From: an uncultured Planctomycetota bacterium
GTDB taxonomy: Bacteria > Planctomycetota > Planctomycetia > Gemmatales > Gemmataceae
DNA: 64,000 nt
Assembly: GCA_963849325.1 (NCBI GenBank)
Contig: CAWKHF010000010.1
Span: 384,001 to 448,000, forward strand
Reading direction: 5' to 3'
The translations under genes and the position numbers were made by a program. Shown in pieces: positions 22,894 through 33,041 of this stretch. The notes under the pieces are model-generated. The model saw only the letters and a program-made list of their open reading frames with translations. It was not told the DNA's origin and made no database searches. Every line of letters begins with the position of its first letter. Within the stretch, counting starts at the first letter, position 1.

Positions 22894-24227
22894 TCACGTT
22901 TTGACGGGCTGTGCCACGGGGCGCATCTGCAGATACGTCCACAGCACGAGGCCGGCCACGACCAGGAAGACGCTGGTATAGCTCTCGAACCCCTTGGGAC
23001 GCGGATCGTCGCGCAGCAGCTCGTTCAGATAACGGTGGATGCCGTAGCCGACCATCAGCAGCGCCATCACCTGCCCTTTGCGGCGGCGAAACGGGTAGTA
23101 CGCCGTCAGCAGCAGAAACAGCAGGACCATGCTGACGACCTCGTACAGCTGCGTCGGATGCAGGCCGAGCGTTCGCGGCTCGATGACCCCCAAATCTTCT
23201 TCCGGCGCCTGCTCGCCGTGCTTGACGATCAGATGCAGCTTCTTCTCGCCGCGCGGCCAGTTGTAGACCAGGCATCGCGACAGGACGTCCTCGGGCGTCA
23301 GGCGCAGAAACTTGCCGTTCTCCTCGACGCTCTTCTCCTCGATGGTGCAATCGTTGACGCGCACGATCAGGTCGCGGGGCGCAGGCCGGCGGCGTAGACG
23401 AGGGAGGCGGGATCGACCCGATCGACGCGGACGCCGCCGTCGCGCGGTTGGTCGCGCTCGTCGGCCAGGGTGAAGCCGGCCGGCGTCTGGTAGCCCTGAT
23501 CGACCAGCCCCTCGCGCGCCGGGGCCGACAGCGGGAAGTGGACGGGATAAACGAGACAAGTGGGACAGGCGACCTGTCCGTAACAGCAGCCGTTGAGGAA
23601 GCAGCCGAAGCGGCCCAGGCACAGACCCACCGCGATCGACGGCGCCAGGATGTCCGCCAGCTTCCACGTGGAGAGCTGGTATTTGCGGAAGATGAACAGG
23701 TAAGCGGCGACGTAGCCGGCCAGGCCGCCGATCACCGAGCCGTACAGGACGATGCCGCCGTCCCAGATTTTGTAGATCTGTTCGAGCATCTCGCGGTACG
23801 ACAGGTTCGGCTTCTCCGACAAGAGGAAGGTGATGCGAGCGCCGAGCAGTCCGCCGATGAACAGCCAGATGACCAGGTCCTGGATGTGTTCGCGGGCGAT
23901 GCCCTCGCGCTCGGCGCGTCGTCCGGCCATCCAGGTGCAGATGATGAAGGCCAGAAACAACATCATGCCGAAGCCGTAGATTGGCAGTCCATTGGGCAGT
24001 TTGGCGGCGCCGAAGTAGACGACCAGGGCGGAGATGACGCCGAAGCCGGCCAGCCAGAAGGAGGCGCCGCGAAAGACCTCGCGCAGCGCCGGTTCGCGGG
24101 CGCGGCGGCTCAGCAGCCGGACGATCAGGCCCAGGCCGAGTCCAAGTCCGAGCAGGAACAGGTACAGCGGGACGTTCGCCGGCAGCCAGTCGGCCTGGAG
24201 CGGGATGCGAAAAAGGACCTGTCGCAT
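22894..24227 (-). CDS. lgt: Prolipoprotein diacylglyceryl transferase with PDZ-like insertion, frameshift near 23380
   Basis: IYGFGMM, GARI, IWDGGIVLYG, GRFGCFLNGCCYG and HPTQLYE. Confidence 0.9.
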
Positions 24228-24347
24228 GGGAGGGTTCAACCTTTCCTTGGGGAGCGAACCGAACGCCCCCTTGAATACAGCAAACCCTATCAAGCGACGG
24301 TCGTTTCAGCCACCCCGGATCGAACGCGAAGTAACGATCGCGCCGCT

Positions 24348-24400
24348 AGCCCGGAGCGTCCGCGAGGGGTCTGTGTAACCCGTCGCGGACGCTCCGGGCT
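24348..24400. repeat. REP-like hairpin
   Basis: AGCCCGGAGCGTCCGCGA / TCGCGGACGCTCCGGGCT, 18-bp arms. Confidence 0.8.
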
Positions 24401-24516
24401 TGTAGGTTAGCGTCAGGAACGTCGGCGGAAATGCTGGCATCGGCGGCGAGAACCCGTAATATCTGAGGAGACTCCGCGATGTCCCCTACCCGGCCCGCAG
24501 CTGCGAGTACACCGAC

Positions 24517-25932
24517 ATGCACCCTTTTACCGACAAACCTTCTCCTTCTTCCGACCCAATAACCTTGGCATCTCCTGCCGCGACCGGGCCGTGGTGGCGA
24601 GAGATGAATCGCTATCACTGGTTCGTCTTCGTCGTGGCCTCGCTGGGCTGGTTGTTCGACACGATGGATCAGCAGCTGTTCAACATCGCTCGTAACCCGG
24701 CCTTGCGCACGATCCTCACGAAAGAGTTAGGGCACCCGCCGCTCGATCGAGTCGTTGGGGAATATGCCGGCTACACCACGTCGGTCTTCCTCATCGGCTG
24801 GGGCACTGGCGGCCTTCTATTCGGCGTGCTCGGCGACCTCCTCGGCCGCGTCCGCTCGCTGATGCTGACCATCTTGCTCTACTCGCTGTTTACTGGCCTT
24901 AGTGCCCTTTCCACTTCGGTGCTGGACTTCTCGATTTACCGCTTCCTCACGGGGTTGGGGGTGGGCGGCGAGTTCGCCGTCGGCGTGTCGCTAGTCGCCG
25001 AAGCGATGCCCGACCGCGCCCGTCCCTTCGCCCTGGGAATGCTGCAAGCGTTGTCGGCCGTCGGCAACGTCGCGGCCGCCTTCGTCGGCATCGTGCAAGG
25101 CCAACTGGTCAAGCAAGGCGCCCTCAGCAATGAGTCCGGCTGGCGAGGTATGTTTGTGGTCGGTATCGTGCCCGCCCTGCTCACTCTGGTCATCATGCGC
25201 CGCCTCAAGGAACCCGAACGCTGGCAGGCCGTGGCGGCCACGGCCAGCGCCGGTCAGCGCATCCGCGCCTATTTCGGCGAACTGTTCGGCAACCCGCGCT
25301 GGACGCGCAACGCCGTCATCGGTCTGTTGTTGGCCTCGTCCGGCATCATCGGTCTGTGGGGCATCGGCTTTTTCAGCATCGACTTGCAGCAGACGGTTTT
25401 CCGGGCCCGCTTCGAGAAATTGGGACTTCCGGCGGAGGAAGTCAATGGCATGGTCGGCTTCTGGGCCGGCATGACGTCCTTGATGATGAACGTGGGCGCC
25501 TTCTTCGGCATCTACGCCTTCAGCTACGTCACGCACTATCTGGGTCGCAAATGGACCTTCGCCGTGTCGTTCGTGCTGGCCCTCTTGAGCACCGCTTTCA
25601 CCTTCTGGTACTTCCGCTCCATCGCCGACGTCTTCTGGATGATCCCTATCATGGGCTTCTGCCAGCTGGCCCTGTTCGGCGGCTACGCCATCTATTTCCC
25701 GGAACTGTTCCCCACTCGTCTGCGCAGCACGGGAACGTCGTTCTGCTACAACGGCGCTCGCTTCGTGGCGGCGGCCGGGCCGACGACGCTGGGTCTGCTG
25801 ACCAACCGCGTTTACAATGGCTATCCCGAGCCGATGCGCTACGCCGGCGTGACCATGTGCGCCATCTTCCTGCTCGGCCTGGTTGTGCTGCCCTTCGCCC
25901 CGGAAACGAAGGGGCAGCCGCTGCCGGAATAA
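24517..25932 (+). CDS. MFS transporter
   Basis: GVLGDLLGRVR, RFLTGLGVGGEF and PELFPTRLRSTG; about 12 TM segments. Confidence 0.93.
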   Translation: MHPFTDKPSPSSDPITLASPAATGPWWREMNRYHWFVFVVASLGWLFDTMDQQLFNIARNPALRTILTKELGHPPLDRVVGEYAGYTTSVFLIGWGTGGLLFGVLGDLLGRVRSLMLTILLYSLFTGLSALSTSVLDFSIYRFLTGLGVGGEFAVGVSLVAEAMPDRARPFALGMLQALSAVGNVAAAFVGIVQGQLVKQGALSNESGWRGMFVVGIVPALLTLVIMRRLKEPERWQAVAATASAGQRIRAYFGELFGNPRWTRNAVIGLLLASSGIIGLWGIGFFSIDLQQTVFRARFEKLGLPAEEVNGMVGFWAGMTSLMMNVGAFFGIYAFSYVTHYLGRKWTFAVSFVLALLSTAFTFWYFRSIADVFWMIPIMGFCQLALFGGYAIYFPELFPTRLRSTGTSFCYNGARFVAAAGPTTLGLLTNRVYNGYPEPMRYAGVTMCAIFLLGLVVLPFAPETKGQPLPE

Positions 25933-25951
25933 GGGAATTTCAGGAGAGACG

Positions 25952-26212
25952 ATGATGACGGTGACGACTCCCGACTGGCTGACGCGGCGCAACGTCCGGC
26001 TGCAGGGGAGCAAGGACGGCGGTTCGTGGCTGGTCTATCTCGGCGCGGAGCCGCAATATCTGCTCCAGGCGGTGCCAGTCAAAGGCCAGTTCGGCTGCCG
26101 CATCACGCAAACGATCAACGGCCGTCGCCTCGACAGTGGCGCCGTGTATCCGTCCCTCGACGCCGCCCTCCACGGTGGACTGGAGGAACTGCGGCAGGCG
26201 CTCGGCTGGTGA
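25952..26212 (+). CDS. Small hypothetical protein
   Basis: AGGAG RBS; sits between co-oriented genes. Confidence 0.7.
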   Translation: MMTVTTPDWLTRRNVRLQGSKDGGSWLVYLGAEPQYLLQAVPVKGQFGCRITQTINGRRLDSGAVYPSLDAALHGGLEELRQALGW

Positions 26213-26254
26213 GCCGCGGAGACGATCGTCACCCGTCCGGTGGGAGATACCTCA

Positions 26255-27451
26255 ATGTTCGACCTGACTTCGGTGCAGTCGGCCCTGCGGACGGCAGGGC
26301 TGGACGGCTGGCTGCTGTACGACTTCCGCGGGCTGAACGTCCTGGCTCGTCGGGTGCTCGACATCTCGTCCGACGCCATCCTTACGCGGCGCTGGTTCTA
26401 CTTCGTGCCGGCCCACGGCGAGCCGCGCAAGCTGGTTCACCAGATCGAGCCACACGCTCTCGACGGCGTGCCGGGCGCCGCCCGCCGCTACCTTCGCTGG
26501 CAGGAGCTGGAGGCAGAGGTCCAATCGCTGCTAAGCGGCTGTCAGCGTGTGGCGATGGAGTACGTGCCGCGCAACGCCAATCCCTACGTCTCGCGCGTGG
26601 ACGCCGGCACCGTCGAGTTGGTCCGCGCACTCGGCGTTGAGATCGTCTCGTCCGGCGACCTGATCCAGCAGTTCGAGGCGTGCTGGGACGACCAGCAGTG
26701 GGCCATGCATCTGGAAGCGGCGACGCACACGCGCTCGGCCTACGACGTCGCCTTCGCCTTCCTCGCCGAGCGCGTCCGCCGCGACGGCTCGGTGCGCGAG
26801 ACCCAAGTGCAGCAGTGCATCCTGGACCACTTCGCCCGGCACGGACTCGTCACCGATCATCCGCCCATCTGCGCCGTCGGCCCGCACAGTGGCGATCCGC
26901 ACTATGCGCCGGGTCCGAACAGCGACGCTCCCATCCGCGCCGGCGATTTCGTCCTCATCGACCTGTGGGCCAAGCTCGACAAGCCGCGCGCCGTCTACAG
27001 CGACCTGACCTGGACCGGCTTCGTCGGCACGGAAGTCCCCGAGAAGTACGAGACGATTTTTCAGATCGTCGCTCGCGCCCGAGACGCGGCCATCAACCGG
27101 GTGCGCGCGGCGTTTGCGGGCGGGACGACGCTGCGCGGCTGGGAGGTGGATCAAGCGGCCCGTGACACGATCGAGCAGGCCGGCTACGGTTCGGCCTTCT
27201 GCCATCGCACCGGCCACTCCATCGGTCAGGAGACGCACGGCAACGGCGCCAACATGGACAACCTGGAGACGCACGAAGAACGGCAGGTGCTGCCGCGCAC
27301 CTGTTTCTCGGTCGAACCAGGCATCTACCTGCCGGAGTTTGGCGTCCGCAGCGAAGTCAACGTCTTCGTCGATGCACAGCGACAGGTCCACGTCACCGGC
27401 GGCACGCCGCAAACGAGCGTCGTGCCGGTCCTCCGGGCGTACTCCGTTTAG
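26255..27451 (+). CDS. M24 family peptidase (Xaa-Pro aminopeptidase-like)
   Basis: LIDLWAK, YSDLT, HRTGHSIG, FSVEPGIY and GVRSE. Confidence 0.92.
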   Translation: MFDLTSVQSALRTAGLDGWLLYDFRGLNVLARRVLDISSDAILTRRWFYFVPAHGEPRKLVHQIEPHALDGVPGAARRYLRWQELEAEVQSLLSGCQRVAMEYVPRNANPYVSRVDAGTVELVRALGVEIVSSGDLIQQFEACWDDQQWAMHLEAATHTRSAYDVAFAFLAERVRRDGSVRETQVQQCILDHFARHGLVTDHPPICAVGPHSGDPHYAPGPNSDAPIRAGDFVLIDLWAKLDKPRAVYSDLTWTGFVGTEVPEKYETIFQIVARARDAAINRVRAAFAGGTTLRGWEVDQAARDTIEQAGYGSAFCHRTGHSIGQETHGNGANMDNLETHEERQVLPRTCFSVEPGIYLPEFGVRSEVNVFVDAQRQVHVTGGTPQTSVVPVLRAYSV

Positions 27452-27578
27452 CCGCGACGCGCAGCGGAGTGCGGGATCGTTTTCCCATTTTCGCGGCACT
27501 CATTTTGCCTAAACTATCCATGCTGCGCCTACTCACGGCAGGAAGTTAACTTTCCAGTCCTTTCAAAGGAGGTGGGTG

Positions 27579-28244
27579 ATGTACAGTATGGTCTTGATGG
27601 CGGCCTTGACGACGGGCACGGACATGCCGGATTGGGGCCGTCGTGGTTGGGGCTGCTGTGGCTGCTACGGCGGCTATGCCTGGGGCGGTTATGGACGAGG
27701 TTGGGGAGGTGGTTACGGCTGGGGTGGTTGGGGCGGCGGATATGGCGGCTGGGGCGGTTGGGGCGGCTGGGGCGGAGGCTGGGGCGGCTGGGGATACGTC
27801 GCGGCCCCCATGATCCCCAGCTATGCCGCTCCCGTGCTTATCGCCAGCGCACCGCTGACGGAGTCCGCCCTCACTCGTTCGATGTACTACGACCCCGGTT
27901 CGACCGCCCGCGCCAATCGTGCGACCATCATCGTCCATCTGCCGGCGAAGGCCAAGCTGATCGTCGATGGCAAACCCACCACTTCCACTTCCACCACGCG
28001 CCGCTTCGTGTCGCCGCCGTTGGAGAAGGGCCACAGCTACCACTACGTCTTCAAGGCGGAAATGGACCGCGAGGGCCAGACGGTGGCGACGACGAAAAGA
28101 GTGGACGTGACCGCTGGAAATACGGAGGAAATCTATCTGAAACTGCCCGCTCTCAACGAATCGTCGGAACGTTCGCACGCGCCGACCAAGCCCGCCGAGA
28201 GGAGAGGGGTGCCGGCTCGAACCGACGTGCTCGACCAGCCATGA
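27579..28244 (+). CDS. TIGR03000 planctomycete domain protein with Gly/Trp-rich N-terminus
   Basis: MYSMVLMAAL, GGWGG repeats and ATIIVHLPAKAKLIVDG...RRFVSPPLE. Confidence 0.9.
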   Translation: MYSMVLMAALTTGTDMPDWGRRGWGCCGCYGGYAWGGYGRGWGGGYGWGGWGGGYGGWGGWGGWGGGWGGWGYVAAPMIPSYAAPVLIASAPLTESALTRSMYYDPGSTARANRATIIVHLPAKAKLIVDGKPTTSTSTTRRFVSPPLEKGHSYHYVFKAEMDREGQTVATTKRVDVTAGNTEEIYLKLPALNESSERSHAPTKPAERRGVPARTDVLDQP

Positions 28245-28252
28245 CAAAAAGA

Positions 28253-28307
28253 AGTTCTGAGTTCTGAGTTCTGAGTACCATTCCCTCAGAACTCAGAACT
28301 CAGAACT
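28253..28307. repeat. Inverted heptamer repeat (AGTTCTG)x3 / (CAGAACT)x3
   Basis: Perfect 23-bp arms with a 9-nt loop. Confidence 0.95.
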
Positions 28308-28398
28308 AATTCGGGGCGGGGAAGACGCATTGTGGGTCCGCGACGGCCCGCCTATAATCGGGGGGTGTTGATTCGCGGGACAGGCTGGGCGACCAGTC

Positions 28399-28948
28399 AT
28401 GGGCGTTGATTTTCTCCGACCGGCAGTAGGCGATCTCGTCTTTCAGCTCTATGGGCGGCCCCTGCACCCCGAGCTGTTCGACATCCTCGCCGTGCGCCAA
28501 ATCCGCCGCGAGGATTACGAGTTGACCGTCCGCATCACGCGGCACGGGTCACGTAATCTCCTGGGAGAACGCCGACGTTCATCTAACCGAAGTGACGGCC
28601 GCCGCCGAGCAGGAGTTGCCGGAACGCCGTCGCCTTTTGCACTACAAATTGCGCAGCGAGCACACCGGCCGGCTGTCGTGCGCTCACGGCATTCATTACG
28701 AGATGAGCTTCCAGGTCGAGGTGCTGGATCCGGAGATTTTTCTGCACGTCCACGACGAGATCCTCGCCGACGGCAACAAGCGCGGTCTGCTGCACAATTT
28801 CCCATCGCACAATCGGCTGTCCGTGGCCCCGCTCGGCTTCCTCACGGCCGAGGCCGGGCCGGGCCGGCTGTTCCTCTCCTCCTTCCACACCTTCCCCGGC
28901 GAGCACACGGTCGTCAAAACGCAGTCGCTGATCGAGAAAAAGGTGTAA
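28399..28948 (+). CDS. DUF2617-like protein, frameshift near 28550
   Basis: RPLHPELF at the N-terminus and FHTFPGEHTVVKTQSLIE at the C-terminus. Confidence 0.75.
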
Positions 28949-28949
28949 C

Positions 28950-29012
28950 CCTGTCCGAGCCTGAAGCGTAAGCGAAGAGCATCTCTTCGCTTACGCTTCA
29001 GGCTCGGACAGG
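28950..29012. repeat. REP doublet (CCGAGCCTGAAGCGTAAGCGAAG family)
   Basis: Perfect 30-bp arms with a 3-nt loop, between convergent genes. Confidence 0.95.
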
Positions 29013-29030
29013 AACTCGTTTGTTCGGATA

Positions 29031-29609
29031 CTAGTCGGTGAAGAAGCGGTAGGCGACGAACCCGGCCCCGCCGCAGCCGAGCAGGCCCACGACCAAGATG
29101 CCGGCCAGGCCAACCCAGAAGAGGGTCTTGCCCGATTGCTTCTTTGCCGGCCGGGCCGGTCCTGCCGCTGGGGCGGCCATCAACTCCTCCTCCGCCGACA
29201 CGTCCGGCGGATTGCCCTCCAGCCAGACGAACGGCTCCAGCGGCCCGATGGACGCGGGAGGAGCCTCGGTCCTCGCTTCGCCCCCTTCGCTTTCGGCGGA
29301 GAGGGAGGCGGGCGGCGACTCCGCCGGCGGGATGGCCTCTTCCAGGTGAAGCGAAGCCACGTCCGAAAAGAGGAGGTCCACCACAGCCGCGTTCTCCCCG
29401 GACTCTTCGGCCGCCGATGCCGTCGGCGCGTCGATGTCCTCCGGCACGGCTGCGGGCCTGTCCCCCACCGGCGAGGCGGGCGAGGGACTCGACTCGATTC
29501 GTCCGACAAAGCGAGCGCCGCAGACGGGACACTGGACTTTTTTGCCCAGCGCCTCGTCCGCCACCTTCAACTTCTGCTGACACTCGGGACACTTGAGGCG
29601 AATCGTCAT
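29031..29609 (-). CDS. Zinc-ribbon membrane protein
   Basis: CPECQQKL...GKKVQCPVC, an acidic/Pro linker and a C-terminal TM helix. Confidence 0.8.
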   Translation of the reverse strand: MTIRLKCPECQQKLKVADEALGKKVQCPVCGARFVGRIESSPSPASPVGDRPAAVPEDIDAPTASAAEESGENAAVVDLLFSDVASLHLEEAIPPAESPPASLSAESEGGEARTEAPPASIGPLEPFVWLEGNPPDVSAEEELMAAPAAGPARPAKKQSGKTLFWVGLAGILVVGLLGCGGAGFVAYRFFTD

Positions 29610-29873
29610 GGCCACTCCGCCTGCCGCACGTCCGGGTACGAGCCGCCCCCGCCGTGAAGACGATGAACCATTCTAACAAAGAATTCGTTCGCCGTTTCAC
29701 CGCGCTCCCCTCTGGATCGCGGCGAAACCGAAAAGGATGTCTCTTCCATTCAGCCGTCGGTGGGAAATGTGTACTAGAGTTGTGAGAGAACAGTCCGAGA
29801 GGCGACTCTCGCGGGCGAGGACGCGGCGTCGGGTCGGTCTCTGCCCGGGGGCAGGAGGAAGGGCGCATCCTTC

Positions 29874-30803
29874 ATGAATTCGCGGCTCAAGGAAAGACTC
29901 TGTGCCCTGTACAAGTATTCGGGCGTCCTGTCCGCCCACGAGACCCTGCGGCGCTGGGCCGGCCATTCGTTTCTCACTGTGCTGGTCTTCCACCGCGTCA
30001 CCGACGACATCCCCGAGGACGGCCTGACGATCGGCCGCGAGCGCTTCCGCGACCTGTGCCGCGTGTTGGCCAACCGCTTTCGCGTGGTCCCGCTCGCCGA
30101 CATCTATCGCCTGGTCCGAGGCGACACGCCGCTGCCGCCGCGCACACTGGCCCTCACCTTCGATGACTGCTATCGCGACAACCTGGCGGCGGCGCGAGTG
30201 CTCGCCGAGCACGGCTTGCCCGCCACCTTTTTCGTGCCCACCGGCTACGTCGGCACCGATCACGTCTTCGCCTGGGACCGTGGGTTGCCGCGCCTGCCCA
30301 ACCTGACCTGGGACGATGTTGGGCAGATGCGCCGGCTCGGCTTCGAGATCGGCTCGCACACCGTTACGCATCCGGACCTGGGCACGGTTTCCGGCGAGCA
30401 GGCCATCCGCGAGTTCCTCGAATCGAAGGCCGTCCTGGAGGATCGACTGGGTGAGAGGGTGCGCTGGCTGGCCTACCCGTTCGGCGGGGTCAACAACTTC
30501 CGCGCCGACTGGCTGCCGCTGCTGAAGGGAGCCGGCTACGAAGGCTGCGTGTCGGCCTACGGCGGTCTCATCTATCGCGGCATGGAGAGCGACGTCCTGC
30601 CGCGCGAGCCGGTGCCGGGTTTCCGCAGCAACCTGCACCTGGAAGTCCACCTGGCCGGCGGCCTCGCCTGGTATCACGCTCTCAAGCGGCGCCTGGGTCT
30701 GAGCGAGGGCCGCCAGGTGTCGTGGGAGCAAGCAGCGCTCCCCGCGGACGGAAGCAAGAGGGAAGTCCGCGATCCCGCGCTGATCGAAAAAGGAGATTCG
30801 TGA
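29874..30803 (+). CDS. Polysaccharide deacetylase (CE4)
   Basis: LTFDDCY, PATFF, EIGSHTVTH and LAYPFG. Confidence 0.9.
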   Translation: MNSRLKERLCALYKYSGVLSAHETLRRWAGHSFLTVLVFHRVTDDIPEDGLTIGRERFRDLCRVLANRFRVVPLADIYRLVRGDTPLPPRTLALTFDDCYRDNLAAARVLAEHGLPATFFVPTGYVGTDHVFAWDRGLPRLPNLTWDDVGQMRRLGFEIGSHTVTHPDLGTVSGEQAIREFLESKAVLEDRLGERVRWLAYPFGGVNNFRADWLPLLKGAGYEGCVSAYGGLIYRGMESDVLPREPVPGFRSNLHLEVHLAGGLAWYHALKRRLGLSEGRQVSWEQAALPADGSKREVRDPALIEKGDS

Positions 30804-30804
30804 C

Positions 30805-30853
30805 GCCGCTTGCGGCTTGGCGGAGCAGCGTCTCACGTTAAGCCGCGAGCGGC
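30805..30853. repeat. REP-like hairpin (GCCGCTTGCGGCTT family)
   Basis: GCCGCTTGCGGCTT...AAGCCGCGAGCGGC; a related half-copy lies at about 37559-37578. Confidence 0.65.
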
Positions 30854-30878
30854 TCGAGCAATCGATTCCGAGACGAGC

Positions 30879-32105
30879 ATGTACCACGAGTCCGAGACTG
30901 CCCTGGTGGATCCGGTAGGGACCATCGCCCCTGCCTTGACCGTGCGCGTTCTGGACGACGCCGCGGAGTTGGCCCGTTATGCCGCCGCCTGGCAAGACCT
31001 GGCCGACAACTCCGCCGAGGCCAACGTGTTTTACGAGCCGTGGATGCTGCTGCCGGCGCTGGAGGCGTTCGCCTCCGGCGAGCAACTCCTTTTTGTCCTC
31101 GTGCTGGACGGTGATCCTCACGGCCCACCGGAGGAGGCTCGGTTGTGCGGCTTCTTCCCCTTGCAGCGCCGTCGCCTGCATCGCCGCTTGCCGCTTCACG
31201 TCCTGGGTCTGTGGCAATATCTCCACTGCTACCTGTGTACGCCGCTCGTCCGGGCCGACTGCGTCCGCGCCACCCTGGATGCGTTGTTCGACTGGCTGAG
31301 GTCCGACCCGCGCGGCGCTGCCCTGATGGAGTTCAACCAACTCACCGCGGCCGGACCTTGCAGTACGGCCCTGCTGGCCTGTTCTCGCGAACGCGAGAAC
31401 CCCACCGTCGTCACCGATTCGTGGGAACGCGCCCTGTTCGAGCCGCGCGGCGACGGCGACACCTATATTCGCTCGGTATTATCCGGAAAAAAACGCCGCT
31501 CCGTCGAACGACGTGCGCGACGCCTTGCGGAGACGGAGTCCATCGCATACGAAGCGTTGACCGCCAGCGGCGACGTGGTCGAATGGGCCGACGAGTTTCT
31601 GCGCCTGGAGGCGGCCGGCTGGAAGGGGAAGGACGGCACGGCCCTGGCCTGCGACCCAGCCAACCGCCGTTTCTTCCACGCCATCCTCGGCGGCGCCTTC
31701 GCGCGCGGCCGGCTGCTGCTGTGTACCCTGCGCGCCGCCGGTCGGCCCATCGCCTTCCGCTGCAGCTTCCTGGCCGGCGAAGGCGCCTTCGCCTTCAAGA
31801 TGACCTACGACGAACAGTACGGCGGCCACTCGCCCGGCACGTTGCTGGAGTTGGACCACGTTCGCCGTCTGCACGCCCTGCCGGAGCTGCGCTGGATGGA
31901 TTCCTGCACCGGCACCGACAATTCGATGATGAACGACCTGTGGCCGGGCCGGCGGGCCATTCACACGGTCCTCGCCGCCAGCGGCCGCGGAGTCGGCCGT
32001 CTCGTCGTCGCCCTGTATCCCTGGATGCGCGCCCTGAAACGTCGCCTGTCCCGATCGGCGGACACGCCTCCGCCGGCTTCCGATGAGTTGGAGATGACGA
32101 CATGA
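30879..32105 (+). CDS. GNAT acetyltransferase-like protein (CelD/BcsL, Acetyltransf_6 type)
   Basis: NVFYEPW, FLRLEAAGWKG and FKMTYDE..SPGTLL. Confidence 0.85.
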   Translation: MYHESETALVDPVGTIAPALTVRVLDDAAELARYAAAWQDLADNSAEANVFYEPWMLLPALEAFASGEQLLFVLVLDGDPHGPPEEARLCGFFPLQRRRLHRRLPLHVLGLWQYLHCYLCTPLVRADCVRATLDALFDWLRSDPRGAALMEFNQLTAAGPCSTALLACSRERENPTVVTDSWERALFEPRGDGDTYIRSVLSGKKRRSVERRARRLAETESIAYEALTASGDVVEWADEFLRLEAAGWKGKDGTALACDPANRRFFHAILGGAFARGRLLLCTLRAAGRPIAFRCSFLAGEGAFAFKMTYDEQYGGHSPGTLLELDHVRRLHALPELRWMDSCTGTDNSMMNDLWPGRRAIHTVLAASGRGVGRLVVALYPWMRALKRRLSRSADTPPPASDELEMTT

Positions 32106-33041
32106 ACCTGACTGCCGCTGTTGCCGAACCGTGTCCGCCGCCCGTCGCCGCGCCCATTCCGGGCCGGGCCGGCGAACGTGTGATGCGGATTGAACCCGAC
32201 GTTTTCCGCGACAAGTTCAATCGACTGCCCTTCCTGGTCCCTCACCGGGTCACGCCCGAGCACCCGCTGTTCACCCTGCCGCGCCTCATCGAACTGGCTC
32301 GTCGGCTGCCGGAGCAGTACGTCGAATACAACGCCGGCAACATCCCGGTCAGCATCGACTCGCGGCTGACGCCGCGCAACGGCCTGTCCATCGAGGAAAC
32401 CATTCGCCGCATTGAGGAGCACTGCTCCTGGATGGTGCTCAAGCGCGTCGAGCAGGACCCCGAATACAAGGAGTTTCTCAATCAATGCCTCGATGACGTC
32501 CAGGAGTATTCCGAGCCGCTCGATCCCGGCATGATGGACCGCGCCGGGGCGATCTTCATCTCCTCGCCCTCATCGGTGACGCCGTACCATCTCGACGCGG
32601 AGTACAATTTCCTCTTGCAGGTCCGCGGCGTGAAGACGCTTCACGTCTTCGACGCGGCCGACCGCTCCATCCTCTCCGAAGAGGAGTTGGAGGAGCGCAG
32701 CGCCGCCAAGGTCGTGCATCGCAACCTGGTCTTCAAGGACGAGTACCAGCAAAAGGCGATGGTCTTCGAGCTGAAACCGGGCTCGGCGCTGCACGTGCCG
32801 TCGATGGACCCGCACTGGGTCCAGAACGGTCCCAACGTGTCCATCTCCTTCAGCGCCGGTTTCCTGACGCGGTCGGTATGAGCGCAAGAACGCGGTCCAT
32901 TCGGTCAACCGCTGGCTGCGCAGTCTGGGTGTGTCGCCGGCCCCAGTCGGACGTTGCGGCCTGCGCGATTCGCTGAAGTATCAGGGCCACCGGGCCTGGC
33001 AGCGCGTCCATCGCCTTCTGGGCCGGGGTGACGAGGTATGA
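32102..33041 (+). CDS. JmjC/cupin-like Fe(II)/2OG oxygenase, frameshift near 32878
   Basis: TPYHLDAEYNF (HxD) and PHWVQNG. The C-terminus continues in another frame to a TGA overlapping the next ATG. Confidence 0.85.

Noticed and set aside
27640-27800. GGCGGCTGG-type repeats as a DNA element or RiPP precursor
   Set aside because: Explained by the Gly/Trp-rich low-complexity region typical of TIGR03000 proteins; no modifying enzymes are adjacent.
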